Source of the DNA: an uncultured Candidatus Binatia bacterium
GTDB lineage: Bacteria > Desulfobacterota > Binatia > UBA9968 > JAJDTQ01
Direction: 5' to 3'
DNA: 64,000 nt
NCBI GenBank assembly: GCA_965261895.1
Contig: OZ253480.1
Location: 4,379,210-4,443,209 of the forward strand
The translations under genes were made by a program, and so were the position numbers. Below the pieces are notes generated by a model. It made no database searches, was not told the DNA's origin, and saw only the letters and a program-made list of their open reading frames with translations. This document shows positions 41,873 through 51,560 of this stretch, one piece after another (positions within the stretch are counted from its first letter, which is position 1; every line of letters begins with the position of its first letter).

Positions 41873-43396
41873 GAGCCTCTTGCAAAACTTCGGGGATCCT
41901 CGGGGATGACAGGGTGCGATTGCAGAGGACGCCCTGTTGGTCAGAGGACGGTAGTATGTAGGTGGAGATTTGGAGGTTTCGGGGGGTGTTGGGGACGGGC
42001 AGTTGGGAACAGGATGGGAACAATCGGGGTTGTGCGGACAAGGCTTCATCGCGCGGTCCCGGGGAGGGGACGGCGAAGCGATGTGGTTCGAAGGGTCGGG
42101 GCAGGGTCGGGGTGAGTTCAGAGCGTCAGGCGCATGAGTTGGTCGACGGTGAGGGCGAGGACGCCGAACATCAGGTGGCAGAAGACCTTGTCATGGCCGC
42201 GCACCCGGACGTGGCGCCCGCCGTAGGAGTCCTTGATACGGCTGTTCACCCGTTCGACGGTGGACCGTTGATTGTAGCGCACCCTTATGGGATCGCTGTG
42301 TCCGGCGCAGCGCTGGGCCCGAGCCTCCCTGGCCCGTTCCTTCTTCCAGTCCTTGTCCCGGCGGGTGTTGACGTCGATGATCGGAACATGGCCTGAGAGG
42401 TAGCTGTGCCAGCCGATCTCTTCTGTGTCGTAGGCAGCGTCCATCAGTTCATAGAGGTAGGTCACCCGTTCCGTGCTCAGGGTCGCCAAGGGGATGGCCG
42501 CCTGGCTGTCATGCAGGGAGGCGGAGGTCAGCAGGCAGCTTATGGGGATGCCTGAGTCGGCGTCGTCGATGTGGAGCTTGTAGCCCCTCCAGGTCTCGCC
42601 AAAGCCCTTGGCGTTTTTCTTCGAACCAACGGTTGGAGCTGTCGGCAACTCATCGATCATCGTGTCGCGATCCATCCGCAACTGCCGTTTTAGCCGGCTC
42701 GGCCGTTTGGCCACCGCCTCGCCCTGGCGCGGGCGTCCCAGCTTGCGTTTCGTTGTCTCGTCCTTCACCTTCGGTTCGGGCTTCTCACGAGCGTCAATGG
42801 CGGTTGAATCGCGCGAGACGTGGCCGACAATCGTCTCCTCGAACGCCGTCCTGACCACGGCCTCGTGCATCCGCTCGGGTAGCCTGCTCCGCGCGAACTC
42901 CCCAAAGGCCCGTGAAAACGTCGCTTCGCTCGGTACCTCGCCCACCCTCGACCAGCCACACAGCCGTCGCGGCACAGGATCACATGCGATCCGGTCCATC
43001 AACTCCCGCGTCGTCGGAAAGTCCCAGATGGCCTTGGCGATGAACGCTCGCCCCAGCGCCGCACGGTCTTCCACCGGACGGCCGCTCCCTCCGCTGCGCA
43101 CTCCAACGAAGCCCTCCACCGGAACCATGTCCAGAACCGCTACCAGACGCCGGTGCTTCGTGTGCAGTTCGCCCACCTCCTCCGCCAGCTTGGGAAACAG
43201 TTCTCCTTGAAATCGCTGCCAGATATCGGTTAGAGTCGATACCAAGGACATGGGGCCTTCCCTCCGCTTGGGCTATGTTGCAGGTCTGCTAACCCACAAC
43301 ATACCAGGGAACGACCCCACGTCCAGAAAAACCCTGCCAAAGATCACCGAAGGTCAGCACAAAACCCCCTCACTCAAGGGGTTTTGCAAGAGGCTC
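41873..43396 (-). mobile_element. Insertion sequence (IS5/IS1182-like)
   Basis: Perfect 16-bp TIRs GAGCCTCTTGCAAAAC and GTTTTGCAAGAGGCTC; no target duplication visible. Confidence 0.88.
42118..43251 (-). CDS. DDE transposase
   Basis: PSEATFSRAF, SRDSTAI, WRGYKLH, SLHDSQ, MDAAYD, RSTVERVN. Confidence 0.9.
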   Translation of the reverse strand: MSLVSTLTDIWQRFQGELFPKLAEEVGELHTKHRRLVAVLDMVPVEGFVGVRSGGSGRPVEDRAALGRAFIAKAIWDFPTTRELMDRIACDPVPRRLCGWSRVGEVPSEATFSRAFGEFARSRLPERMHEAVVRTAFEETIVGHVSRDSTAIDAREKPEPKVKDETTKRKLGRPRQGEAVAKRPSRLKRQLRMDRDTMIDELPTAPTVGSKKNAKGFGETWRGYKLHIDDADSGIPISCLLTSASLHDSQAAIPLATLSTERVTYLYELMDAAYDTEEIGWHSYLSGHVPIIDVNTRRDKDWKKERAREARAQRCAGHSDPIRVRYNQRSTVERVNSRIKDSYGGRHVRVRGHDKVFCHLMFGVLALTVDQLMRLTL

Positions 43397-43429
43397 AGGT
43401 TGACTATTTCCCGACAAGCTGGTCCAATG

Positions 43430-43471
43430 TGTGTGACCTATTGTGTGATAGCCTGTGTTATATATTGTGTG
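43430..43471 (+). promoter_or_regulatory. Putative antitoxin operator array
   Basis: TGTGT at 43430, 43442, 43454 and 43466, an exact 12-bp period directly upstream of vapB. Confidence 0.6.
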
Positions 43472-43480
43472 GAGACGAGC

Positions 43481-43681
43481 ATGGCTACAAATTTGGCCAT
43501 AGATGCCGACCTATTGAACAAGGCTTTGGAAGTGGGGGGCGAAAAGACGAAGAAGGCGACGGTCAACAAGGCTCTGCGCGAGTTCGTTGCTCGGCGTGAG
43601 CAGGAGCGGTTGCTCGACCTGTTCGGTCAGTTCGACTGGGACGACGATTACGACTACAAGCGTGAGCGGACGCGCACGTGA
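43481..43681 (+). CDS. vapB: VapB antitoxin
   Basis: MATNLAID..LL..A...GG.KTKKATVN.ALREF. Confidence 0.9.
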   Translation: MATNLAIDADLLNKALEVGGEKTKKATVNKALREFVARREQERLLDLFGQFDWDDDYDYKRERTRT

Positions 43682-44085
43682 GGCTGTTCGTGGACACGAG
43701 CGTCTGGTCGCTCGCTTTGCGCCGGAATTCGCCACTCGCTGCACCCGAGGTGGAGCATTTGCGCAATGCGCTCGCTGGGGGCGATGCGATTCACTCTGCG
43801 GGAATCGTACTGCAGGAGTTGTTGCAGGGTTATCAGGGGCCGAGAGCGAAGGTGGAGATCATCGAGCGCTTCGCGGTGCTTCCAATGGTCGAACCGGTCC
43901 GTGACGACTATATCGCCGCGGCTGAACTGCGTAACGAATGCCGACGACACGGAATTCAGGTCGGTACCATCGACGCGCTGCTCGCTCAGCTTTGCATCCG
44001 GCATGATCTTATCATGCTATCCGCGGACCGTGATTTCAGCCAGATCGCGGACCACGCTCCGTTGCGGCTCTGGCGTCACTCGTAA
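43678..44085 (+). CDS. vapC: VapC PIN-domain toxin
   Basis: FVDTSVWS, QELLQG, TIDALLAQ, SADRDF. Confidence 0.92.
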   Translation: MRLFVDTSVWSLALRRNSPLAAPEVEHLRNALAGGDAIHSAGIVLQELLQGYQGPRAKVEIIERFAVLPMVEPVRDDYIAAAELRNECRRHGIQVGTIDALLAQLCIRHDLIMLSADRDFSQIADHAPLRLWRHS

Positions 44086-44120
44086 CCCTGCCGGGCCGCC
44101 CTTGCCGACACTCTCCAACC

Positions 44121-45173
44121 TCATACATTGAACCTGATGTGCATGACATCCCCGTCCTGCACCCGGTACTCCTTGCCTTCGAGGCGCAGTCTACCGGCGG
44201 AGCGGCAGCCGGTTTCGCCCCGGTGCTCGATGTAGTCGTCGTAGGAGATGACCTCGGCGCGGATGAAGCCGCGTTCGATGTCGGAGTGGATCTTGCCGGC
44301 GGCGTTGACCGCGGCGGTTTCCTGGGTGATGGTCCAGGCGCGCACCTCCATGGGGCCGGCGGTGAAGAAGCTCATGAGGCGCAGGTGGTCGTAGGCATGG
44401 CGGATGAAGCGGTCCCGAGCGGTCTCGGGGAGCCCGAGCTCCGACAAGAACTCCGCCCGCTCGTCGGCTTCGAGCTGGGCGATCTCCATCTCCAGCTTGC
44501 CGCAGACCGGGACCACGGTCAGGTTCTCGGTCTGGGCGTACTCCGAGACGTCCGTGGGCAGCGGCTCCTGCAACGCCGATTCATCGGAATTGTAGACAAC
44601 CAGCAAGGGCTTCTCGCTGAGAAAGGCGAAACCGGAGAGCAGGGTCCGTTCCTCGGGCAGGAACTCGAGGCCGCGCAGCGGCCGTTCCTCTTCCAGGGAA
44701 CTCTGACACCGCGCCAGAAGATCCACTTCCCGTCCCCGGTCCTTGCTGGCCTCCTTCCGGATGCGCTCCATGCGCTTCTCGATGACCGCGAGGTCGGCCA
44801 GTATCAACTCTGCCTGGAAGGCGTTGAGGTCTCGCACGGGTGCGGCGGGCTCGTCGGCCAGCGGGTCGTCGAAGGCCCGGACCACCTGGGCCATGGCATC
44901 TACCTCGCGCAGTTGCACCACGGACTGGTTCTCCAGCGCCGCCTTCCGTTCCTGCGACGGCGGGAAGTCCAGGAAGGTCACCTCCGCGTACTTCTTTTCC
45001 TTGGGATGGACGATTTCGCTCAGCGCGTCCACGCGAGGGTCCGGAACCTTGACCACGGCCATGGCCGCCTCGTGGCGGGCCTCGAAACCGCCCACCGTGG
45101 CGCTGAGGCCCGTGAGGGCGTTGTAGAGGGTGGTCTTGCCTGCTCTGGAGAATCCTGTGAGTCCGACTTTCAT
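44121..45173 (-). CDS. ychF: YchF/Obg-family ATPase, divergent
   Basis: KVPDPRVD, ELILADL, FFTAG..EVRAWT, AAGKIHSDIERGFIRAE, RLEGKEY.VQDGD...RFNV. Confidence 0.9.
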   Translation of the reverse strand: MKVGLTGFSRAGKTTLYNALTGLSATVGGFEARHEAAMAVVKVPDPRVDALSEIVHPKEKKYAEVTFLDFPPSQERKAALENQSVVQLREVDAMAQVVRAFDDPLADEPAAPVRDLNAFQAELILADLAVIEKRMERIRKEASKDRGREVDLLARCQSSLEEERPLRGLEFLPEERTLLSGFAFLSEKPLLVVYNSDESALQEPLPTDVSEYAQTENLTVVPVCGKLEMEIAQLEADERAEFLSELGLPETARDRFIRHAYDHLRLMSFFTAGPMEVRAWTITQETAAVNAAGKIHSDIERGFIRAEVISYDDYIEHRGETGCRSAGRLRLEGKEYRVQDGDVMHIRFNV

Positions 45174-45262
45174 GGACTCCAATTTAGCACCGGGCGGGAT
45201 TATTCATAGGGACTGGCGCCCGGACTCGTCCGGTTCGCAATCATCCGAGCTCCGCGGTCGCT

Positions 45263-46423
45263 TCATTCCGGTAAGGGACGGATCGTCGCGTTCAGGTCTG
45301 CAGCCGGCAGTGCCCGTATGCCGGGAGCCAACCGGTAGGATTGGGTGCCGGCGTGTACGACATCCAGCCGCTCCAGGCCCAGCGTCTCGAAGGCGGTGCG
45401 CATGGACGCCGTGAGCCGGGGCGCCTCGGCGCGTTTGACTTCGAAGCCGTAGCGACGGTTGCCGGCTACTATCAGCAGATCGAGTTCTGCTCCGGAGTGG
45501 GTCGACCAGTGGTAACACTGCTCGGGGCGGGCGCCCAGAAGGTGGATGACCTGCTGGATGACGAATCCTTCCCAAGACGCGCCGACTACGGGATGTGACA
45601 CGATGTCCTCGCGGGTGGTGAGGCCCAGCAGCGCATGAAGGAGGCCCGAATCATTGAGAAAGACCTTGGGCGAGCGGACCTGCCGTTTGGCGATGTTCGC
45701 GTACCACGGTTGCAACTGCCGCACCATGAAGACCGACGTCAAGATGTCCAGGTAGCGGCGGACCGTGGTGTGAGCAACGCCAAAGGCCCGGCCCAGTTCG
45801 GCGCCGTTCCACAACCGGCCGTGCCAGTGCGCCAGCATGGTCCAGAAGCGGTGCAGCGTCGTTGGTGAGACGAGACTGCCGAGCTCCGGCACGTCGCGAG
45901 CGAGGAAGGTCTGGATGAAGCCGTCACGCCAACGGCGGCTCGCCGCGGCAGACGGCGCGAGATACGAACGAGGAAATCCGCCGCGTAGCCACAGCCGCTC
46001 GGGTTCGTCCACTTCGTTCAGTCCGAAGCCATCGAGCTCATGGAAGGCTACGCGCCCGGCAAGGGTCTCCGAGGTCTGACGGAGCAGATCGGGCGAGGCA
46101 CTTCCCAGCACCAGGAACCGCGCCGGCGTTCCGGGCCGGTCGGCAAGCACTCGCAGCAACGGAAACACTTCCGGGAGTCGTTGGATCTCGTCAAGGACCA
46201 CGAGTCCCCGCAAGGGCCGTAGCTCCAGGCCTGGATCGGCAAGGCGGGTCAGATCGACAGGGTTCTCAAGGTCGAACCACGCGGCCGGATCTGACCGGGA
46301 CGCGACAAGCTGGCGGGCGAGCGTGGACTTCCCCACTTGGCGGGCGCCGAGCAGCGTGACCACCGGAAACTCGTTCAGCAGCAGGTCGATGCGCCGGAGG
46401 TGACGTTCGCGTGCGACTTCCAT
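45263..46423 (-). CDS. AAA_14 ATPase with DUF4143 domain
   Basis: GARQVGKST, LDEIQ, LGSAS, RGGFP, SPK.FL.DSG, GASWEG, ELD...FEVK. Confidence 0.9.
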   Translation of the reverse strand: MEVARERHLRRIDLLLNEFPVVTLLGARQVGKSTLARQLVASRSDPAAWFDLENPVDLTRLADPGLELRPLRGLVVLDEIQRLPEVFPLLRVLADRPGTPARFLVLGSASPDLLRQTSETLAGRVAFHELDGFGLNEVDEPERLWLRGGFPRSYLAPSAAASRRWRDGFIQTFLARDVPELGSLVSPTTLHRFWTMLAHWHGRLWNGAELGRAFGVAHTTVRRYLDILTSVFMVRQLQPWYANIAKRQVRSPKVFLNDSGLLHALLGLTTREDIVSHPVVGASWEGFVIQQVIHLLGARPEQCYHWSTHSGAELDLLIVAGNRRYGFEVKRAEAPRLTASMRTAFETLGLERLDVVHAGTQSYRLAPGIRALPAADLNATIRPLPE

Positions 46424-46456
46424 AGACCTGAAATATGAGCGATGGCCGCACAGATT

Positions 46457-46945
46457 TCAAGGTTTTCGTCCCTTCCTCTCGTAAGCCTCGTCGCGCGCAA
46501 GATCGGTTCCGCGGGCGGCGGCCACCGCGAGCTCGTCGCACCGTTCGTTCTCCGGGTCCCCCGCGTGGCCCTTGACCCAGCGGTATTCCACTTGGTGCCG
46601 GTCCGACAGGTCCAGCATCTCGGCCCAGAGATCGGGGTTCAGGGCCGGCGTCCTGTCGCCTTTCGTCCATCCCTTGGCGCGCCAGCGCTCCGCCCATCCC
46701 TTGGACATGGCGTCGACGACGTATCGGGAGTCGCTGTAGACCGTCACGCGGCACGGTTCCTTCAGGTAACGAAGGCCCGCCAGGACCGCCATGATCTCCA
46801 TGCGGTTGTTGGTGGTCCTGCGGTAGCCGCCGCTCAGCTCCTGGCGGTTAGGCGTAGCCGTGTTGTAGAGGAGCACGGCGCCGTAACCTCCGGGTCCGGG
46901 GTTCCCGATGCACGCTCCGTCGGTATAGAGGGTGATGTGTTTCAT
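46457..46945 (-). CDS. rnhA: Ribonuclease HI
   Basis: [42 protein letters not shown]. Confidence 0.97.
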   Translation of the reverse strand: MKHITLYTDGACIGNPGPGGYGAVLLYNTATPNRQELSGGYRRTTNNRMEIMAVLAGLRYLKEPCRVTVYSDSRYVVDAMSKGWAERWRAKGWTKGDRTPALNPDLWAEMLDLSDRHQVEYRWVKGHAGDPENERCDELAVAAARGTDLARDEAYERKGRKP

Positions 46946-47006
46946 GGTTGCTCGGTCAGGGGAGTATAGAGGTCACCCAGCCGGCATGGCAACAAGCCAT
47001 AAACGC

Positions 47007-47035
47007 TTGACACGGAACCGTATGTCTTTTTTAAT
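47007..47035 (+). promoter_or_regulatory. Putative sigma70 promoter
   Basis: TTGACA-17 bp-TTTAAT upstream of the aldehyde dehydrogenase. Confidence 0.6.
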
Positions 47036-47188
47036 CCCACCACACGCCCAACGCTGGTGTCCCGCGTCACATGACGCTGCACAGAGATGAGTGCCGTCGG
47101 CAAGGCGTGACGATGTAGGGGCGGGTTTCAAACCCGCCCGCGCCCCGACCCATCGGCGGCGCACGACACCAGTCCCAAGGAGACACGC

Positions 47189-48658
47189 ATGCAAACCGGT
47201 TCGTACATCAACGGAGAGTGGTACCAGCCCAACTCCGGGAGACAGATCCGCAACGTCAATCCCGCGGACACCCGCGACGTCATCGCCGAGTTTCCCATGG
47301 CCACGGCGGCGGACACGGAGCGGGCCATCGACGCGGCCGCGGCCGCCTTCCAGGGATGGCGGAAGACGCCGGGCCCGGAGCGCGGGCGGGTGATCTGGCG
47401 GGCGGCGGACATCGCGCGCCGGCGCGTGGACGAGATCGCCGAGCTCATGACGCGCGAGGAAGGGAAGATCTTCAAGGAGGCACGGGGCGAGGTGCTCAAG
47501 GGGATCTCGCTCCTGGAGTACAACGCCGGCGCCGGCTACCGGCTCGGCGGCAAGACGCTTCCGTCCGAAGCCCGGGACACTTTCACCTACACCATCCGGC
47601 AGCCCATGGGCGTGGTGGCGCTGATCGCGCCGTGGAACTTCCCTTGGGCGATCCCGGTGTGGAAGTCCGCGCCGGCGCTGGTGGCCGGCAACGCGGTGCT
47701 GCTGAAGCCGGCGTCCCTGACCCCCGCCACCGCGGGTCTCCTGGCGGAAGTCTACGAGGAAGCCGGCCTTCCCAAGGGCGTCTTCAACGTCATCGTCGGC
47801 TCCGGGTCCGAGGTCGGCGAAACCATGGTCAAGTCCGCGCGGATCCCGGTGGTGTCGTTTACCGGATCCAACGAGATCGGCAGCAACCTCTACGTCAAGG
47901 CCGCCTCCCGGGGCGCCAAGGTGACCTGCGAGATGGGCGGCAAGAACGCGGTCATCGTGATGCCCGACTGCGATCTGGAGAAGGCGGCGGTGGCCATACG
48001 GGACGGCGCCTTCGGCTCCACCGGCCAGCGCTGTACCGCCACCTCCCGGGTCATCGCCATCGGCTCCACCAAGGACGAGCTGGTGGCCAGGCTGGAGGAC
48101 CTCGCCCGAAAGATGCGCGTGGGCTCGGGCCTCGACGCGGACGTGGACATGGGGCCGGCGGTGGACGAGAGCCAGTGGAAGACCGACCTGGAGTACATCG
48201 AGGTGGGCAAGCAGGAAGGCGCCCGCCTGGTGGTGGGCGGGAACCAGCCTCCGGGGCTGGAGCACGGATTCTACGTGGAGCCCACGGTGTTCGACAACGT
48301 CACTCCGGACATGCGCATCTTCCGCGAGGAGATCTTCGGCCCGGTGCTGTCGGTGGCCGCGGCCTCGGATCTGGACGAAGCCATCCGGTTCGCCAACTCG
48401 GTGGACTTCGGCCTTACCACTTCCATCTTCACACGGGACATAGACACGGTGATGCGTTTCGTGGAAGACGTGGAGACGGGCATGGTCCACGTGAACGAGC
48501 CCACCATCGGCGGCGAGGCCCAGCTTCCCTTCGGCGGCATCAAGGCCACCGGGGTCGGGGAGCGGGAGATGTCCGAGGAGGGCGTCAACTTCTTTACCGA
48601 GCTCAAGACCGTCTTTATCAACTATTCGGGCGAATCCGGCCGGCTGATGATACGCTGA
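47189..48658 (+). CDS. NAD(P)-dependent aldehyde dehydrogenase
   Basis: PWNFP, KPAS, FTGS, EMGGKN, GQRCTA, EEIFGPV, PFGG.K. Confidence 0.95.
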   Translation: MQTGSYINGEWYQPNSGRQIRNVNPADTRDVIAEFPMATAADTERAIDAAAAAFQGWRKTPGPERGRVIWRAADIARRRVDEIAELMTREEGKIFKEARGEVLKGISLLEYNAGAGYRLGGKTLPSEARDTFTYTIRQPMGVVALIAPWNFPWAIPVWKSAPALVAGNAVLLKPASLTPATAGLLAEVYEEAGLPKGVFNVIVGSGSEVGETMVKSARIPVVSFTGSNEIGSNLYVKAASRGAKVTCEMGGKNAVIVMPDCDLEKAAVAIRDGAFGSTGQRCTATSRVIAIGSTKDELVARLEDLARKMRVGSGLDADVDMGPAVDESQWKTDLEYIEVGKQEGARLVVGGNQPPGLEHGFYVEPTVFDNVTPDMRIFREEIFGPVLSVAAASDLDEAIRFANSVDFGLTTSIFTRDIDTVMRFVEDVETGMVHVNEPTIGGEAQLPFGGIKATGVGEREMSEEGVNFFTELKTVFINYSGESGRLMIR

Positions 48659-48703
48659 CGCACGCCGTTGGCATGCATCGCCGATCCGGCAGTGGAGGCT
48701 TAC

Positions 48704-49735
48704 ATGGAATTTGAACACGACATTATCGACGCAGACGGCCACGTGGTGGACCAGGACAAGGACCTGCGCCGGTATCTGCCCGCTCCCTGGGACGAGAAGG
48801 ACTGGACCCGGGAGTACTACCTGTTTCCCCTCACCGACGGCTGGATGCGGGGCATGTCCTCGCGCCACAAGGCCGAGGTGCCGGACGCGGCCAACTGGCT
48901 GAGCTTCCTCGACGACTCGAAGATCGACCAGACCATCCTCTATCCCAGCAACGCGCTGTTCCACGGCCAGATCCGGCACAAGGGCTGGGCGGTGGCGGTG
49001 GCTCAGGCGTACAACGACTGGCTGTACGACTCTTTCGGGCGCCAGTCGGGCCGGCTCAAGGGCGTGGCGCTGCTGCCGGTGCAGGACATCGATGCCGCGG
49101 TGCAGGAGTTGCGCCGGTGCGTCGATGAGCTGGGCATGGTGGCCGGCGTGATCCCGTCGGTGATGGCGCCGCTGGTGGGCCTGGGCGGCAGTCAGTTCGA
49201 CCCGCTCTACGCGGAGGCGGAACGGTTGGGTTGTCCGTTGGCGGTGCACGGCGGTCCGGTGACGGGCCTGGGCCTGGACATGTTCGAGAGTCTGGCCGAG
49301 GCGCGGCCGCTGGAGCACGCCATGCCGCAGATGGTGCAGATCATGAGCATGATCAACGCCGGCGTGTACGATCGCTTCCCCAACCTGCGGGTGGCGTATC
49401 TGGAGTGCGGCACCGGCTGGGTGCCGTTCATGATGGACGCGCTGGACGAGAACTGGGAGCGGCGCGGCCACGCGCTCGCGGTCAAGCAGCGCCCCAGCGA
49501 CATCATCCGTGGCGGCAACATCTTCTTCACCTGCGAGGTGGACGAGAGGAGCCTGCCCTACGTGCTGGACCGCCTGGGCGGGGATCAGGTGTTGTGGGCC
49601 TCCGACTACCCCCACGAGCGGGCGCGCTCGGAGTTCTTCCACGATCTGCCGGACTTCTTTGCCCGGGAGGACCTGAGCCCCGAGCTGCGGAAGAAGATAC
49701 TGTGCGACAACCCGAAGCGCTATTACGCGCTGTAA
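48704..49735 (+). CDS. Amidohydrolase_2 family metalloprotein
   Basis: IDADGH, AYNDW, VHG, DRFPNLR..LE.G.GW, WASDYPH, KIL.DN. Confidence 0.9.
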   Translation: MEFEHDIIDADGHVVDQDKDLRRYLPAPWDEKDWTREYYLFPLTDGWMRGMSSRHKAEVPDAANWLSFLDDSKIDQTILYPSNALFHGQIRHKGWAVAVAQAYNDWLYDSFGRQSGRLKGVALLPVQDIDAAVQELRRCVDELGMVAGVIPSVMAPLVGLGGSQFDPLYAEAERLGCPLAVHGGPVTGLGLDMFESLAEARPLEHAMPQMVQIMSMINAGVYDRFPNLRVAYLECGTGWVPFMMDALDENWERRGHALAVKQRPSDIIRGGNIFFTCEVDERSLPYVLDRLGGDQVLWASDYPHERARSEFFHDLPDFFAREDLSPELRKKILCDNPKRYYAL

Positions 49736-49963
49736 GGCCATGATGTCGGACTTGGCGCAGGGCCAAGAGCCCGGTGAGCTTGTGTCGGCCGGCAGCGCGG
49801 TGCGAACACGGGCGGGTTTGAAACCCGCGCCTACATCGGCCAGGAGCGTGGTGGGGACACGGGCGGGTTTGAAACCCGCGCCGACATCGGATGGCGTGTT
49901 CCCGCGGGGCAGGCTACTGGTGTTGTGTCTCACTAGGCCCTGCCGCCGACAACGTTGGAACCC

Positions 49964-51355
49964 ATGACGAACTCTACCGACGACACCGTTGATCTCGAAC
50001 GCGCCGCGGCCATGAGCCGCGCCGACCGGGACCATCTCGTCCACGGCTTCGTGCCGCTGTCGAAGCATCAGGCGGACGGGGTGCCAGTCTTCGTCCGGGC
50101 CGAGGGAGTCTACCTCTGGGACTCGCTGGGCAAGCGCTACATCGACGGCCTCTCCACGCTCTGGAACGTCCAGGTGGGTCACGGCCGAAAAGAGATCACC
50201 CGGGCGGTGGCGGAGCAGATGGACCGGCTCGCCTACGCGCCCACGCTCATCGGGCCCACCTCGGAGCCCACCGTCAGGTTGGCGTCCCGGCTCGCGGAGA
50301 TGGCCCCGGAAGGGCTTACCCGCGTGATGTTCACCTCCGGCGGCTCGGAGACCAACGAGAGCATGATCCGGCTGGTGCGGGCCTATTGGAAGGCCCAGGG
50401 GCAGCCTCAACGGACCCGGTTCGTCACCCTGAACCAGGGCTATCACGGCTCCTCCAGCGGCGCCGCCATGCTCACCGGCATCCCGCTGTTCAACCAGCAG
50501 ATGGAGCCGGGGCTTCCCGGGGTGCACCACATGGCGCGGCCCCACTGCTATCGCTGCGAGTTGGGGAAGACCTGGCCGAGCTGTCGCCTTGCCTGCGCCG
50601 ACGAGTTGGAGAGGATCGTGGAGCGGGAGGGTCCGGACGCTATCGCGGCCTTCGTGGCCGAGCCCGTGCAGGGCGTCGGCGGGGTCATCGTGCCGCCCGA
50701 GGGATGGCTGGCCAGGATTCGGGAGATCTGCACCCGGTACGGTATCCTGATGGTCTGCGACGAGGTGATCACGGGGTTCGGGCGCACCGGCAGCCTGTTC
50801 GCGTGCGCCGGCGAGAACGTGATCCCGGACGTGCTGGTCACCGCCAAGGGCATCACCAGCGGCTATCTGCCGCTGGGTGCGATGCTGTTCCAGGAAGAGA
50901 TCTTCCAGACCCTGCTGGCCAAGGCGGACGACGCGTTCTACCACGGCTACACCTACACCGGACATCCGGTGGTGTGCGCCGCGGCCCTGGCCAACCTGGA
51001 CATCATCGAGCGGGAGCGGCTGGTGGAGCGGGCGGCGGAGTTGGGCGCGTACATGCTGGAGCGGCTGGCAACGCTGTCGGACCTGCCCATGGTAGGTCAG
51101 GTGCGCGGCCGGGGGCTCATTGCCGCGGTGGAGCTGGTGAAGGACAAGGAGACCCGGGAGTCCTTCGCGGTGGACCGGCAGGTGCCCCGGCAGGTCTACG
51201 ACGAGTGCCTGGCCAATGGGCTGTTGCTGCGCGTGTGCGGAACCCACGCACTGGCCATATGTCCGCCGCTGGTGGTCACGAAAGAACAGATCGACGACAT
51301 CGTTACCATTCTGCGGAACGCCGTGACGACGGTCGCTCGAGTCGTAATGTCCTAG
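49964..51355 (+). CDS. Class III (omega-amine) aminotransferase
   Basis: YIDGLSTLW, GGSE, YHG, EPVQG.GG, DEVITGFGRTG, AKGITSGYLP, HGYTYTGHP. Confidence 0.94.
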   Translation: MTNSTDDTVDLERAAAMSRADRDHLVHGFVPLSKHQADGVPVFVRAEGVYLWDSLGKRYIDGLSTLWNVQVGHGRKEITRAVAEQMDRLAYAPTLIGPTSEPTVRLASRLAEMAPEGLTRVMFTSGGSETNESMIRLVRAYWKAQGQPQRTRFVTLNQGYHGSSSGAAMLTGIPLFNQQMEPGLPGVHHMARPHCYRCELGKTWPSCRLACADELERIVEREGPDAIAAFVAEPVQGVGGVIVPPEGWLARIREICTRYGILMVCDEVITGFGRTGSLFACAGENVIPDVLVTAKGITSGYLPLGAMLFQEEIFQTLLAKADDAFYHGYTYTGHPVVCAAALANLDIIERERLVERAAELGAYMLERLATLSDLPMVGQVRGRGLIAAVELVKDKETRESFAVDRQVPRQVYDECLANGLLLRVCGTHALAICPPLVVTKEQIDDIVTILRNAVTTVARVVMS

Positions 51356-51556
51356 CAGGCTGTGTCAAAACGCCATCCGAGAGAGGCAACGGCCCCCGAA
51401 ATCGTCATTCCCGCGAAAGCGGGAATCCAGGCGGGGTGGAGCGGTGCTACAGCGGCGTTTCCCCGCTCCACCCCGCCTGGATTCCCGCTTTCGCGGGAAT
51501 GACGATTCGGGGCGTCGGCGCCATTCGGTCCCGAGGCGGAGTTTTGACACAGACTC
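51356..51556. mobile_element. MITE of about 200 bp carrying a family C REP doublet
   Basis: Ends CAGGCTGTGTCAAAAC and GTTTTGACACAGACTC, CTAG on both sides, internal inverted GTCATTCCCGCGAAAGCGGGAATCCAGG pair. Confidence 0.78.
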
Positions 51557-51560
51557 CTAG

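Noticed and set aside
28598-43396. Composite transposon carrying the caspase operon
   Set aside because: The flanking IS elements belong to different families with unrelated ends and share no target duplication.
46973-51247. 1424-aa minus-strand ORF
   Set aside because: Antisense shadow of three real high-GC genes; it runs through REP sequences and has no motifs.
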